A stretch of DNA of 64,000 bases from Octopus vulgaris (GCA_951406725.2 OX597818.1:22940001-23004000), one strand, 5' to 3'; shown: positions 26,475-38,230, numbered from the stretch's first letter. The notes: a model not told the origin generated them from the sequence alone. Program-made: numbers and translations.

Positions 26475-29400
26475 ATGGCAAATCTTAGAATCGGTTGCTT
26501 GAATGTGAGAGGCCTCGGGTCACCTTGGAAACAGGGTCACCTGTTAAACGACCTGAGGTTTCATGATGTGGATGTAGCAGCCATCAGTGAAACCAGGCTC
26601 TCCCACCCGCAGGAACTCGCAGCCCTTTTCGGCGGATACGAGATATTTCTATCTCCGTGTCGGCCGGGAGCGGGCGGTGGTGGTACTGCGGTGTTGTTTC
26701 GGAAGGGCCTGGACCTGAAAATAAGGACAGTCTTCTTGGATCCGGAAGGTAAGTTGGTGGTCCTCGGCGTGGACGGTAGTGACGGCGGTGCTTTCAGACT
26801 GCTGGCTGCCTACGCTCCGACAGGAGCAGGGCAGTCGGATTATTTCAAACGTCTGGAAGTTTTCCTGGGAACGTCACGCACTCTAGTACTAGTTGGGGAT
26901 TGGAACGCTGTCTTAGACGAACGTTTCGATCGGGTGGGCAGGGGAGCGTCTGATAGGAGAGGGGGAGGGTGCAAGAGCCTCGCCAACCTACTCGGCCGCT
27001 TTCAGCTGTCCGACAGGTTTCGACTAGACAACCCGAATGTGCCAATGTGGACTTGGACAAACCGCATCGGGTCGTCTAGATCGTACTTAGATAGAGTGTT
27101 TTGTAGGCCAGCGGATATGGACAGCGTAGGGTGTCCACAATTCCACCTAGTCGAATATACGGACCACAAATTAGTGATCTGTACGGTCGACTTAGATAGG
27201 CTACATAGACAGGGACCCGGCTACTGGAAGCTGAACGCGTCGTTAACGGCGTGCAAAGCTTACAGAGACCGGATTAGTTTACTAGTTAAGCGGGCGCTCA
27301 CGGGGGCAATCATCAACAACAACTGGTGGTTTGCCCTCAAGAGAGCAATTAGAGTAGAGTCGATTAGGTATAGTAAGACTCTAGCTATTGAACGTAGGAA
27401 GAGAGAGCGGGATTTAGTTAAGAAACTAGACGAGGCTCTTGACACTGGCATCGCGACCGACGTGTTGGCGGCAAGGTTGGCCCTCGACCAACACTTCGAC
27501 GCCAAACACGAAGGCTGCGTTGTCAGAGCTAAGGCACGTTCGCTAAGCGGGGAGGGGACTAGAGCCGCTCGATGGGCCCGCGTGGCGGAGGCGAAGCGAG
27601 GCAACAGAGCAACCATTCGGTCTTTGGTGGACAAGAACGGGCGCGAGGTTACCCAACCGAAGCAGATGTGTACGGTGCTTCAGCGGCACTTTGCTCAACT
27701 GTTTGGGACGAGCGGTGGAACGGACACCAACGGTACAGACTTCGGTGTGTACCTGGACGGACTGCCGCAACTCTCGGACAGCGAGGCAGAGTGCTGCGAA
27801 GGACCGATATCTGCCTGGGAAGTACAGGAAGCGATGAAGAGTTGCACGAGAGGTAGATCGCCGGGTTTGGATGGTCTGCCCTACGAGCTTTACTTTTCAA
27901 TGCCAGACTTGTTTGCGGACCTGTTGGCAAACGTCTACTGCAACTGGCAGCAAAACGGGAGAATTCCTGGTTTTGTCTGTCGAGGGGTGGTGGCTTTGTT
28001 AAAGAAGGACCCAAACAAGGGGGACGTTATAGGGAATTTCCGGCCCATCACTCTGCTCAATGCAGAGTTGAAGATTTTGGCCAAGGTGCTAGCCAAGAGA
28101 TTGGCGCTTGTCGTGGACAAGCTGGTCGGCAAGACGCAGACATGCGCCGTGCCGACCAGGTCGATACACGACAACCTCCATCTCATGCGCTACATCATAG
28201 AGAGGGTGGGTAACGACGCTGGCGCGGGTGGGGCTTTGATCAACTTGGATCAGAGTAAAGCCTTCGATAGGGTCGACCATCGGTACCTGGCAGCTGTCCT
28301 CAGGGCAGCCGGCTTCGGTCCAGTCTTCCGCGGGTGGATCGCTGCTTTATACAGCAACATCTGCTCGGTGATACGGGTGAACGGTCACCTTTCGGAACCG
28401 TTTGACATCTCGCGTTCGGTCTGCCAAGGATGCCCTCTCTCCTCCCTCTTGTACATTTTGACTCTCGAGCCATTACTGCGCAAGTTGGAGGCTTTGAGGG
28501 GTATCCCGCGCGATCTAGGAGGCGGAAACAGCGTGTCTGCTTATGCCGACGACGTCACCGTGGTGGTGTCGAGCCACAGGCACATTGGCCTGATTGGCGA
28601 GACGCTAAACCAGTACGAAGCGGTGACAGGGGCAAAGATTAACGCGGAAAAGTCTGTGGGCTTGCAACTGGGCACCTGGAGAGGCAAGCCCATGCCGTCC
28701 AACAGCGTCGTAGGGCGCTGGACAGACGGACCCGTTAAACTGCTCGGGGTCTGGTTCGGTCCGGACCTCCAGGTGGATAAGAACTGGGAAGAGGTGACGA
28801 GCAGGGTGGCACGTCTCACCCAGAAATGGGCCGAGAGGAAGCTGTCCCTGAAAGGTCGAGCGGAGGTGGCGAATGCGTACATCGCATCCGTCATCTATTA
28901 CCGCTTGACCGTCGTCCCTTGTCCCGACCGCTGGTTGGCCAAGCTGGTACGTCTGCTCTTCGACTTTTTGTGGAAGGGTCAGGTGCCACTGGTCAGGCGA
29001 TCCATCTGCTGTCAACGACCGCTGAACGGAGGCCTTGGAATGCCGTGGTTGCTGTTGCGCAGACATGCGCTCAGGCTGCGGCATCTCAAGCGCTTCCTAG
29101 ACGGTGAACAGGTGTGGTCGTCTTTTGTCAGACGCGATTTTCCGCAGCTCGTCTCTTTGACGGAGCTGCAGACCTGGATCAAACGTAGACCGAGAAAGGG
29201 CGCTTGGCACCTCGAGTGCCGTCAAGCTCTCTCCGCCCTCCGCCAGGCGGGCAATGCGATCGGTTACAGCTCCACTCTAGCGTTCTATAGAGGGTTAGTG
29301 GAGGAAAAATGCGACGACGTTCTCGGGGAAACTCTAGACGTTGAAGATGACGAACTGAGCGGTCTGTTCGGGAGGACTTTCGGGCCGGGGCCGATGGATA

Positions 29401-29909
29401 ATTTCCAGAGGTCTCTCGCTTGGCAATGCTACCGAGGGGCTCTGCCTGTTCGAGATAAACTCTACCGGCACGGAAGTGCCGTCAGCCGGGCCTGCCCGTG
29501 GTGTTGCCAGGACGACGAAACCGTCCTGCACGCACTCGTCCAGTGCCCGAGTATTGCTGAAATATGGGTTTATGTCGAACAGCTACTGTCACGTATAGGA
29601 CGGATCCGACTATCGGCCGAATCCATAGTGAAGATTGCCCCGCCGACCTCCTTTAACAAGGAGGGCGAGGCCGTTTTCTTGTGCCTAGTGGCTGTGGCGA
29701 AAGAGGTCGTGTGGTGGACTCGTTTGAAAGGGCTAAAGACAGACACTTTCCTCTTTGGTCAAGGCCTCATCAACTTTTTCAAGTTTCACTTGAAAAGGAA
29801 GATGAGGTTAGAGAGGAAAGTGCTGTCCGATAGCAAGTTTTATGAAAGGTGGGTGAATTGTGCGAGACTGGCCTGTATAAATGGACCAGTTCTCAGGTTT
29901 CGCCTGTGA
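26475..29909 (+). CDS. LINE ORF2: APE endonuclease + reverse transcriptase + C-terminal CCHC zinc finger, 1144 aa
   Basis: APE motifs LNVRGL, SET, GDWN, YLDR, TDH; RT motifs SPGLDG, FRPITLLN, DQSKAFDRVDH, QGCPLS, YADD; C-terminal CPWC..ETVLHALVQC. The frame is uninterrupted. Confidence 0.96.
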   Translation: MANLRIGCLNVRGLGSPWKQGHLLNDLRFHDVDVAAISETRLSHPQELAALFGGYEIFLSPCRPGAGGGGTAVLFRKGLDLKIRTVFLDPEGKLVVLGVDGSDGGAFRLLAAYAPTGAGQSDYFKRLEVFLGTSRTLVLVGDWNAVLDERFDRVGRGASDRRGGGCKSLANLLGRFQLSDRFRLDNPNVPMWTWTNRIGSSRSYLDRVFCRPADMDSVGCPQFHLVEYTDHKLVICTVDLDRLHRQGPGYWKLNASLTACKAYRDRISLLVKRALTGAIINNNWWFALKRAIRVESIRYSKTLAIERRKRERDLVKKLDEALDTGIATDVLAARLALDQHFDAKHEGCVVRAKARSLSGEGTRAARWARVAEAKRGNRATIRSLVDKNGREVTQPKQMCTVLQRHFAQLFGTSGGTDTNGTDFGVYLDGLPQLSDSEAECCEGPISAWEVQEAMKSCTRGRSPGLDGLPYELYFSMPDLFADLLANVYCNWQQNGRIPGFVCRGVVALLKKDPNKGDVIGNFRPITLLNAELKILAKVLAKRLALVVDKLVGKTQTCAVPTRSIHDNLHLMRYIIERVGNDAGAGGALINLDQSKAFDRVDHRYLAAVLRAAGFGPVFRGWIAALYSNICSVIRVNGHLSEPFDISRSVCQGCPLSSLLYILTLEPLLRKLEALRGIPRDLGGGNSVSAYADDVTVVVSSHRHIGLIGETLNQYEAVTGAKINAEKSVGLQLGTWRGKPMPSNSVVGRWTDGPVKLLGVWFGPDLQVDKNWEEVTSRVARLTQKWAERKLSLKGRAEVANAYIASVIYYRLTVVPCPDRWLAKLVRLLFDFLWKGQVPLVRRSICCQRPLNGGLGMPWLLLRRHALRLRHLKRFLDGEQVWSSFVRRDFPQLVSLTELQTWIKRRPRKGAWHLECRQALSALRQAGNAIGYSSTLAFYRGLVEEKCDDVLGETLDVEDDELSGLFGRTFGPGPMDNFQRSLAWQCYRGALPVRDKLYRHGSAVSRACPWCCQDDETVLHALVQCPSIAEIWVYVEQLLSRIGRIRLSAESIVKIAPPTSFNKEGEAVFLCLVAVAKEVVWWTRLKGLKTDTFLFGQGLINFFKFHLKRKMRLERKVLSDSKFYERWVNCARLACINGPVLRFRL

Positions 29910-31194
29910 TTTCAAAGAAAAAGGTAATGTAAAAGGAGAAGAAAGGGGACTCTCTACACCCCCTTTTTTTGACCAGGCTCCCGTTGGCTTTTGTAGGGTT
30001 TTTTCCACCAGGAACCTTTCGAAACGTCTCCCCCTTTTGGGAGTTTTTCATTGTTGAATTTTATAAGTTGTTATAAAGATTTTTACTCGATGTTTTTAAA
30101 AAAACGGCAAAACCCTTTGTAACCTTTCGTCCTGTCTTGTCCCTTTATGTAATCATGCGTGTCAGCCCTTGTGGCCAATAAAAAAGAATTGATTATTATT
30201 ATTATTATTCTGGAGGAAGTGGAATGGTAGATATTTTACGTCATGATTCAACTATCCATTGACCCATTCAACCAGCCAGCCAACCAATCAATCAACCAAG
30301 CATGTTGAAACATAATTGTTGTCGTCGTCGTCGTCATCAAATCTGCAACTATTCCATCTTCACACCACCATTAAGAACACAACCAGCACCATGAACATCG
30401 TTACCACCGGCACCAGCAGCAGCAGCACCACCACCATCACCACCACCACCACCATCACAGTAACTATAACTATTAATTTTTTTCTTCCTCTTCCACAAAT
30501 GCAGTATCGCCGCCACCATTATCAGCAAAAGCACCATCACCAGCAGCACCATCACCAGCGCCACCAGCACCAAAATAAAACCATTACCAACATCTTCTTC
30601 GTCCCCTCCCCTTCCTTCTCTTCCTCATAATCACCTTCGTCACAACAAAATCTGCAGCACCATCAACACTATCAACACCACCACCACCACCACCACCACC
30701 ACCTACCTACTCCACCACCACTTACTCCACCGCCACCGTCGCTGCCTCTCCCACCAACGTTAGTCACATGACTATTGACACCAATCTTCACCACCGCCGC
30801 AGACGCAAGCCTTATCATTGCCGGCGACAGACGCCTCCACCACCGCCACCACCTCCAGTTACATCATTGTCAACACCAGCCACCACCGCCAGCGCCACCA
30901 CCGCCAGCGCCACCACCGCCGCCGCCGCCGCGGCATGATGTGCAACCAGTGCAGCGGTTTGGAACGTCTGATGAATCGGGAAGCAGACGTGAACGTATCT
31001 TGGCGGGAAGTGAACAGTGGGATCGCAGGGAAGTGCGGCAGCGGATAAAAGCTGTATGGGGAGTGTTATGTATATTTGTGTCAAAGAGAAACAGGCGGAC
31101 AGACAGACAGACAGACAGATAGACAGGCAGACAGACCGACAAGCAGGCAGGCAGGCAGACAGACAAGACAATCTAAATATGAGTCTGTATCTAT

Positions 31195-31239
<45 letters not shown>

Positions 31240-31500
31240 ACACTCACATGGAAATGATATATTCAAGCATGTTTGCTAAGAAGCCTTCAATTTGTTTGAA
31301 TGGGAGTGTACCACACACGCACGCACAAATACACGCACGCATGCGCACATGCACACACACACACACAGGGATTTTATTTAAAGACATTCGAAAACCTGGT
31401 TGGTACACTAATAGAAATTACATACGCACGCACAACCACACGCATACACAGGCATGCACACGCACACTCACACAAACATGCATGCACCAATATTTACATA

Positions 31501-31585
<85 letters not shown>

Positions 31586-31587
<2 letters not shown>

Positions 31588-31711
31588 TTACACTTTTACT
31601 TGTTTCAGTCATTTGACTGCGGCCATGCTGGAGCACTGCCTTTTAGTAGACTTATTGCCGAACCGCAGCCGTCGGTTGTCAAGTGATGTTGGTGGGGGGA
31701 CAAACACACAA

Positions 31712-31742
<31 letters not shown>

Positions 31743-31771
31743 CATATATATATATACATACACACACACAT

Positions 31772-31814
<43 letters not shown>

Positions 31815-31942
31815 CGACGGGCTTCCTACAGTTTCCGTCTGCCAAATCCACTCACGAGGCTTTTGGTCGGCTCGTAGTAGGAGTGAACCCAGAACCATGT
31901 GGTTGGGAAGCAAGCTTCTTACCACACAGCCACTCCTGCACC
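31586..31942 (-). mobile_element. SINE family A copy with internal deletions
   Basis: Tail, TG tract and head segments are recognisable. Confidence 0.82.
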
Positions 31943-31944
31943 TG

Positions 31945-32013
<69 letters not shown>

Positions 32014-32021
32014 ACGCACAC

Positions 32022-32060
<39 letters not shown>

Positions 32061-32434
32061 CATACACGCATATACAGGAAGAGTGAATAAAAAGAGAGGA
32101 AGAAAAAGAAATATATTTAAAAATAACTGTAAACGGGCTTGTACGTGCGTGTGCGTGTATTTACGTTCGTATTCCAACAGAGACAACCATCACCTCTTAG
32201 GAATACTATGAAAATTAAAAAGATCCTACTTCAAAGTGAAACCTTGACTCTGTTCTGCTAATTACTGGAGTAATGTGCAAGGGACTGTCTTGATTCTATT
32301 CCCTCCTTGCTCGCTGACGTTCTTTCTTCTCCCTTCTACCCACTCTCTCATTACATACATACATGATTACATACATATATATACATCCATACATGCATGC
32401 ATACGTACATCATACATATATAAATACATACATA

Positions 32435-32484
<50 letters not shown>

Positions 32485-32659
32485 TATATATGTATATATA
32501 TATATACATATATGTGTGTGTGTGTATGTGAGTATGAATATATATGTATGTGTGTGTGTGTGTGTGTGTGTGTATGTCTGTCTATATATCCTACATCAAA
32601 TAAAATTTTAATTCATGCTCTTTCCCTTGTTATATATATATATATATATATGTGCAATT

Positions 32660-32737
32660 GAGTTAGTCATGGCCTGGGCCGATAATGGCCGAATACAATC
32701 TAAGTTATAAGATTCCGAGTTCGATTCCAGACAGTGA

Positions 32738-32817
<80 letters not shown>

Positions 32818-32940
32818 TCGAAAAATACCTTAGAAATGAGAACCCAGGTTCGAAATTTCCCTAAGACACTTGATGAAGGCTAGAGGGTATATCAGCCGAA
32901 ACGATGAGGACAAATATCCGCCAAATGCAAATAATGTATA
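32660..32940 (+). mobile_element. Composite short element: tRNA-like head, (AAT)n, degraded hammerhead-like tail
   Basis: B-box GAGTTCGATTCC at 32717-32728; (AAT)n 32742-32817; TTGATGA-a-GGCT...AGCC-GAAA-CG at 32870-32903; (TA)n on both sides. Confidence 0.55.
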
Positions 32941-32960
32941 TATTTACATATAAAGAAGTG

Positions 32961-33012
<52 letters not shown>

Positions 33013-33754
33013 TCTGTATACATACCTGTATATACCTATACGTTAACATATATGTATTCATATGTATGCATGTATGCATGCATACATACATACATACACA
33101 CACACACATTCATAAATATGCAAATGCATATAATTTTCCCGATTGGACGCATTAAAGTATACCTTATGATGCTCATATGTATCTAGTTAACACACGCACA
33201 CACATACATACACACACACACAAACACACACAAACACACACATAGACCATAGACACATAGCTAGAAACATACATACACCAGAAACTGTTGGTGATGTGCG
33301 TTTCTGATACTCGAACTATCAAATCCTCCTATCCACCCAGACTTCTTCGCAGGACTAACATCTCCAGATATCACCTCCACCTCTTCAGCAATCCCCCATC
33401 ACCAAACCCTCACCCGTTCTATCCACCCCGTTACATAGACATCCGACTCTGCATGAATTCCCTTCCCTCCTCACATCTGTACTTTGAGAAATTGCAAAGA
33501 AAATAAACGGAAATTAAGATCAAAAGGAAGCACCATTCCCGACGCCCATCTTCACCCCCATCACCGTCGCTATGTTCTTCACCATCCCACTTCTTCGCCA
33601 CGAAAGACATTAAGGGCCCTTGGGTGGGGCCGAGGAAGTAATACTAACTATCAGTTAGTAGTATTCTTAATTTCTGTCCGTCGTGTATGTGTATGAAAGA
33701 AACAGAGGGTGGATTTATACGTTTATACATATATATTTGTGTGTGTCTGTGTAT

Positions 33755-33897
<143 letters not shown>

Positions 33898-33940
33898 TAT
33901 GTTTGCATATGTGTATGTATATATATGTTTGTGTGTGAGT

Positions 33941-34062
33941 ATAAGGTTAACAGAGAAAACCTTCAAATCAAGATATGCCCAGCAAATACATTCATTCAAA
34001 TACGGTGACAGAATCAGCACACTATTATTGTCCCACCATATCTGGATACTTAAAAGTAACTA
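33941..34062 (+). mobile_element. Penelope-like GIY-YIG endonuclease fragment
   Basis: [20 protein letters not shown]...STLLLSHHIWILK resembles the PLE pattern YIGxTExxFKxRYxxHxxSF...LSKHIWxLK. Confidence 0.7.
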
Positions 34063-34420
34063 TATAACTACTGAAGGTCGAGATACCATAGATCCGCGTG
34101 TGCTGAATCCGAAGACGATGGAATGGAATGAAGTGAAGATAGCAAAATATTATGGCATGATAAAAAAAAAGAAGGGTCAAACATAAAAATGACCATGCCA
34201 TAGGAGGAAAAAAGAAAATTGGAAAGCAGGATGGTGATATTCAGAACATTTTCGAATGAAAATAGGAAAATAGAGCACGCGCCACAAGAAGAGATAGAGG
34301 AAATATGGAAGGAACGAATGGGTAAAGGAATAAATTTTTTTACAAGAGGAAGGAAATACGCGACTATAATAGCCACCTTTGCATCAGAAGAGGAGGGGAA
34401 AATGAACGATGACAGACTGG

Positions 34421-34548
34421 GGATCTTTTCGGTTTGAATGGCAGTTTTTAACATAATTTCTAGTATACTTAGTATACTGGTAGAATGTGTTTATAAAACA
34501 TCTTATTCTCTTGGCTTTATGGAGAAAATTCTATAGTTTGTAAGATAT
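34421..34548. mobile_element. Truncated, inverted second copy of the 35519-35934 MITE
   Basis: Starts GGATCTTTTCGGTTTGAATGGCAGTTTTTAACATAAT and matches the reverse complement of ~35790-35934. Confidence 0.85.
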
Positions 34549-34684
34549 GTGGGAGCGAGATAGCCGACTCATTTGCATTGTAAATATATTCATTTCACAT
34601 TCATCCTTCGTATGTTTTATGTTCCCGCATGTCTTTGTATGTCCCTCTGTAATTAGGCCTTATGCCTGTAATAAAGAATTAATC

Positions 34685-36117
34685 TCCAGCAGACTCGTGT
34701 CAGGCTTATTTGGTTATCACTTATTTGTGTTCGTGAGTTCAAATTTGTTATATATCTAATGTTTTATTGTTATTGTTGCACTTGTTGGAATTGAACTGTT
34801 GGTTAATTGTTAACTGTTGTTTTCGCACTTCAAGGCAGAAAAGTCTTTAAAATTCTGAAATATTGTTGTGAAAGCGACAACTGTGATTAGAACTGCGATT
34901 TTAACCCTTAAAATTATTTTTTATCAGATATTATTTTTTATTCCTTTTTGAAGGAATTTGTTCTCAGTGAAAATTTTTTCACGTCATTGATTACAATTTG
35001 TTTTCGAACGAAGAATTCCTGGAGATGGAAAAGGCTAAAAATAATGAAAATTTAATGCATGTGCAAAAGGAAAAGCAAAGTTTTTCGGCTGCGGTGGGCA
35101 GCAACATGATAAAAATGGAAATTACAACAGCAGAACTTTTGTCAAAAAAGCAGGTAGTGATACAAAACTACTCCCTCCTCAAGAAGTTTTACAGAATACT
35201 GCGGCAAAAACTGTAGTATACAAAACGTGCAGTATGAAAGAAAAGAGAGTCCATGATTGAGACTACGCCACCACCCGGACTGTCAAAGGAAGGTAAGGCG
35301 TGTTTCTTATGCATAGTTGCCATACTGAGAGAGTGTATATGAAAATCTAGAATGAAAGGAGTCGCGACGGGAACATTCATCTCCGGCCCTGGCTTGCTAT
35401 ACTATTTTAGATATCATCTGAAAAACAAGATAGGGCTGGAGAAAAGACGCCTGTCGTGAAGTGTATATGGAAAAAGATGGAAGGATGTGGAAAGAAAGTT
35501 GGAGGTGAATGACCCTGCGGATCTTTTCGGTTTGAACGGCAGTTTTTTCTAGCGGTGTCATATGAAATTGTCACCCATAATTATGACCCTAGTAATGATC
35601 TATTGCATTTCAATCTGTTTTAGGGTTAGAGTTAGGGGTGGGGGAAGGGTATCTTTTTTCTTCACAAATGTAAATAAACCCAATCTGTTTCTTAAACGAG
35701 GGACATATTCATACGGCACAGAATGTTTTTTTTACCTCAATAGACGTATTTGATTGGTTGAAATTGCAGAAATTGAAGAAAAAAACAACAAATATCTTAC
35801 AAACTATAGAATTTTCTCAATAAAACCAAGAGAAAAAGATGTTTTATAAACACATTCTATCAGTATACGAAGTTTAAAATTATTTAGTTACCTAAAAATT
35901 ATGTTAAAAACTGCCGTTCAAACCGAAAAGATCCGACCCTGCTTAATCTCAACCACAGTATGGTAGTACGGTGGACTTAACGGCCAAGGTTTAAAATGTT
36001 TTAATTAGATTTAAAATACATCATCATATTTTTAAAACTCATTTATGAACACTTTTTGTTTGTGATGTCCTGTATTGTCCCCTCTTTGTCCGATAAATAT
36101 TATCAAAATAAAGAATA
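34685..36117 (+). mobile_element. Decayed, internally deleted Tx1/L1-like element (ORF1 start fused to ORF2 end)
   Basis: 35150-35245 reads KLLPPQEVLQNTAAKTVVYK (cf. ORF1 FLNTPQEVIESTNKKTIIYK). 35247-35518 reads ESMIETTPPPGLSKEGKACFLCIVA...YFRYHLKNKIGLEKR (cf. ORF2 ESIVKIAPPTSFNKEGEAVFLCLVA...FFKFHLKRKMRLERK). Tail tcctgtattgtcccctct...aataaaga at ~36068-36115. The 5' limit is approximate. Confidence 0.82.
35519..35934. mobile_element. 416-bp MITE with 29-bp perfect TIRs and 8-bp TSD (Merlin-like GG termini, or hAT)
   Basis: TIR GGATCTTTTCGGTTTGAACGGCAGTTTTT at both ends; GACCCTGC duplicated at 35511-35518 and 35935-35942. Confidence 0.92.
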
Positions 36118-36680
36118 TATCTCTAGCAGACGAGGTGTCCAGTAATGAAGAGAGGAAGAAATAACCCGAAACCAAGACTGGTCTGCTAGTCCCGTCGCTA
36201 GAAGGTGTTAGGAGTTCGCTCACAACTTATCGGATGTAGCTTTGCATTGTTAACTAGCTAGAGGAGATGTTCTCTTAGGGGTTAAAATCGCAGTAGATTC
36301 CATTCGAACGGACAGCCATGTTGAAGTGGCTACGAATGTTACACACACACACACACACATGTAAATTCATTCCACTTTTCCACATTATTTTGTAATATGA
36401 CATTGCATATTAATGCGGTGAGGTGGCAGAATCGTTACGGCTCCTGACAGAATGCTTAGTAGCATTTCTTTCGAATTTATGGTCTGAGTTCAAATGCCGC
36501 CAGTGTCGACTTTGCTTTTTATCTTTCGGGGTCGATAAAGTAAGTACCAGTTGATAACTTGGGTCGATTAATCGGCATACCCCCAAATTGCTGGCCTTGT
36601 GTCAAAATTTAAAACCAGTATGATATTGCATATTAATAATAGCATTAACAACAACTCTCTCGCTCTCTCCCTCTCTTTCT

Positions 36681-36725
<45 letters not shown>

Positions 36726-37102
36726 GCAAATTGAAAATAAAAAGAAAACAACAGAAGTCAAAAGGATGTACATGTGGAATGTATTTATATATATATATAT
36801 ATATATCTTACTAAAGGTCAACTATTTCAGCACCTTCTTTAATATCTTACCTACTTTACACATTTAAGGATATCACAGTATATTGGCCAGTATTGAACAG
36901 CACAGCCACTCTTCTCAGCTACACATATAAGAACCATAAATTTAACTCTGCACTCTGATAGTTTCGAAATGTGAAAGAAACACGAAAAAAACTTATATGT
37001 CACCATCTAAATAAACAAGTATCTACACCTTACTACATTTCATTGAATGTCTTGCCTTAAATTGTGGTGCAGGCAATGTTATCTACATTAATAAGTACGT
37101 AA

Positions 37103-37158
<56 letters not shown>

Positions 37159-37855
37159 GTATGTGTGTTAACATTAACAAGAAGAACAGAGTGAACAGCT
37201 CATTTTATTGCATAATTCTACTTTTCTTTCATCGACACTTTACCAGAAGATTGATGCTCAAATATCTTAATAATTACGATGCGCACTCTTATTCTATCTC
37301 TATTCTTTCTATGTATCTCCCTCACTTGTTCTTCTACCTTTCTGTTTTTCTCTCCCACCCTTTCCCTATTTTTCTCCTCTCCCCTTCACCGTTCCCTCTC
37401 TCTATCACTCTTCCTCTCTCGTTGCTCACACGTGACCAACAGACATCCATCTTTCTTTCTTCCACTTCCTTCCTAAAGACAAGAAGTGCTTTTACCTGTC
37501 TCTTCTCAAAGCTCGTTTTTCCAGCGTTCACCACTTCATGTCATCTTGGCTTAACAGCTCTCACCGCTTGTTTTTACTGTTTTGTTCTCACTGTCCTGTT
37601 TTTGTTACCACTTTCGCCCTCCGCAAACTATCCCAAATTTTATTTAATTTGCTTTGCGGTAAGGACTGTTTTAACGAAGTCGCGCCTTGTCTCTACCTTC
37701 GAATGCGGTGTAGAAAAAACAGGGAACAACTGATGAAGGGAACGTTTTTTATGTTGCCTGTCTCGTTTCTCATTTTGTCTAAGTTTTCTTGATGTCCTGT
37801 ACGCATATATGCATGTATATATACATATATATATAGGTATGTACATATATATATA

Positions 37856-38230
37856 GGCGCAGGTGTTTCTGTGTGGTAAGTAGCTTGCTTATCATCCACA
37901 TGGTTCTGGGTTCAGTCCCACTGTGTGGCACCTTCAGCAAGTGTCTACTACTATAGCCTCGGGCCGACCAAAGCCTTGTGAGTGGATCTGGTAGACGGAA
38001 ACTGAAAGAAGCCTGTCGTATATATGTATATGTTTGTGTGTCTGTGTTTGTCCCCGCCCACCATCGCTTGACAACCGATGTTGGTTCGTTTACGTCCCCA
38101 TAACTTAGCGGTTCTGCCAAATAGACCGATAGAATAAGAAACTTACAAAGAATAAGTCCTGAGATCGATCTGTTCGACTAAAGGCGATGCTCCAGGATGG
38201 CTGCAGTCAAATGACTGAAACAAATACAAG
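37856..38230 (+). mobile_element. SINE family A copy
   Basis: Colinear with 47250-47670. Confidence 0.88.

Larger units (their letters stand above)
24430..30209 (+). mobile_element. Near full-length non-LTR retrotransposon, L1/Tx1 clade
   Basis: Two-ORF layout (gag-like ORF1, APE-RT ORF2); 3' UTR ends in AATAAAAAAGAA plus (ATT)n. The 5' boundary is approximate and no TSD was identified. Confidence 0.93.

Noticed and set aside
26845-29531. Antisense and alternative-frame ORFs within LINE ORF2
   Set aside because: Expected shadows of a GC-rich coding region; no recognisable motifs.
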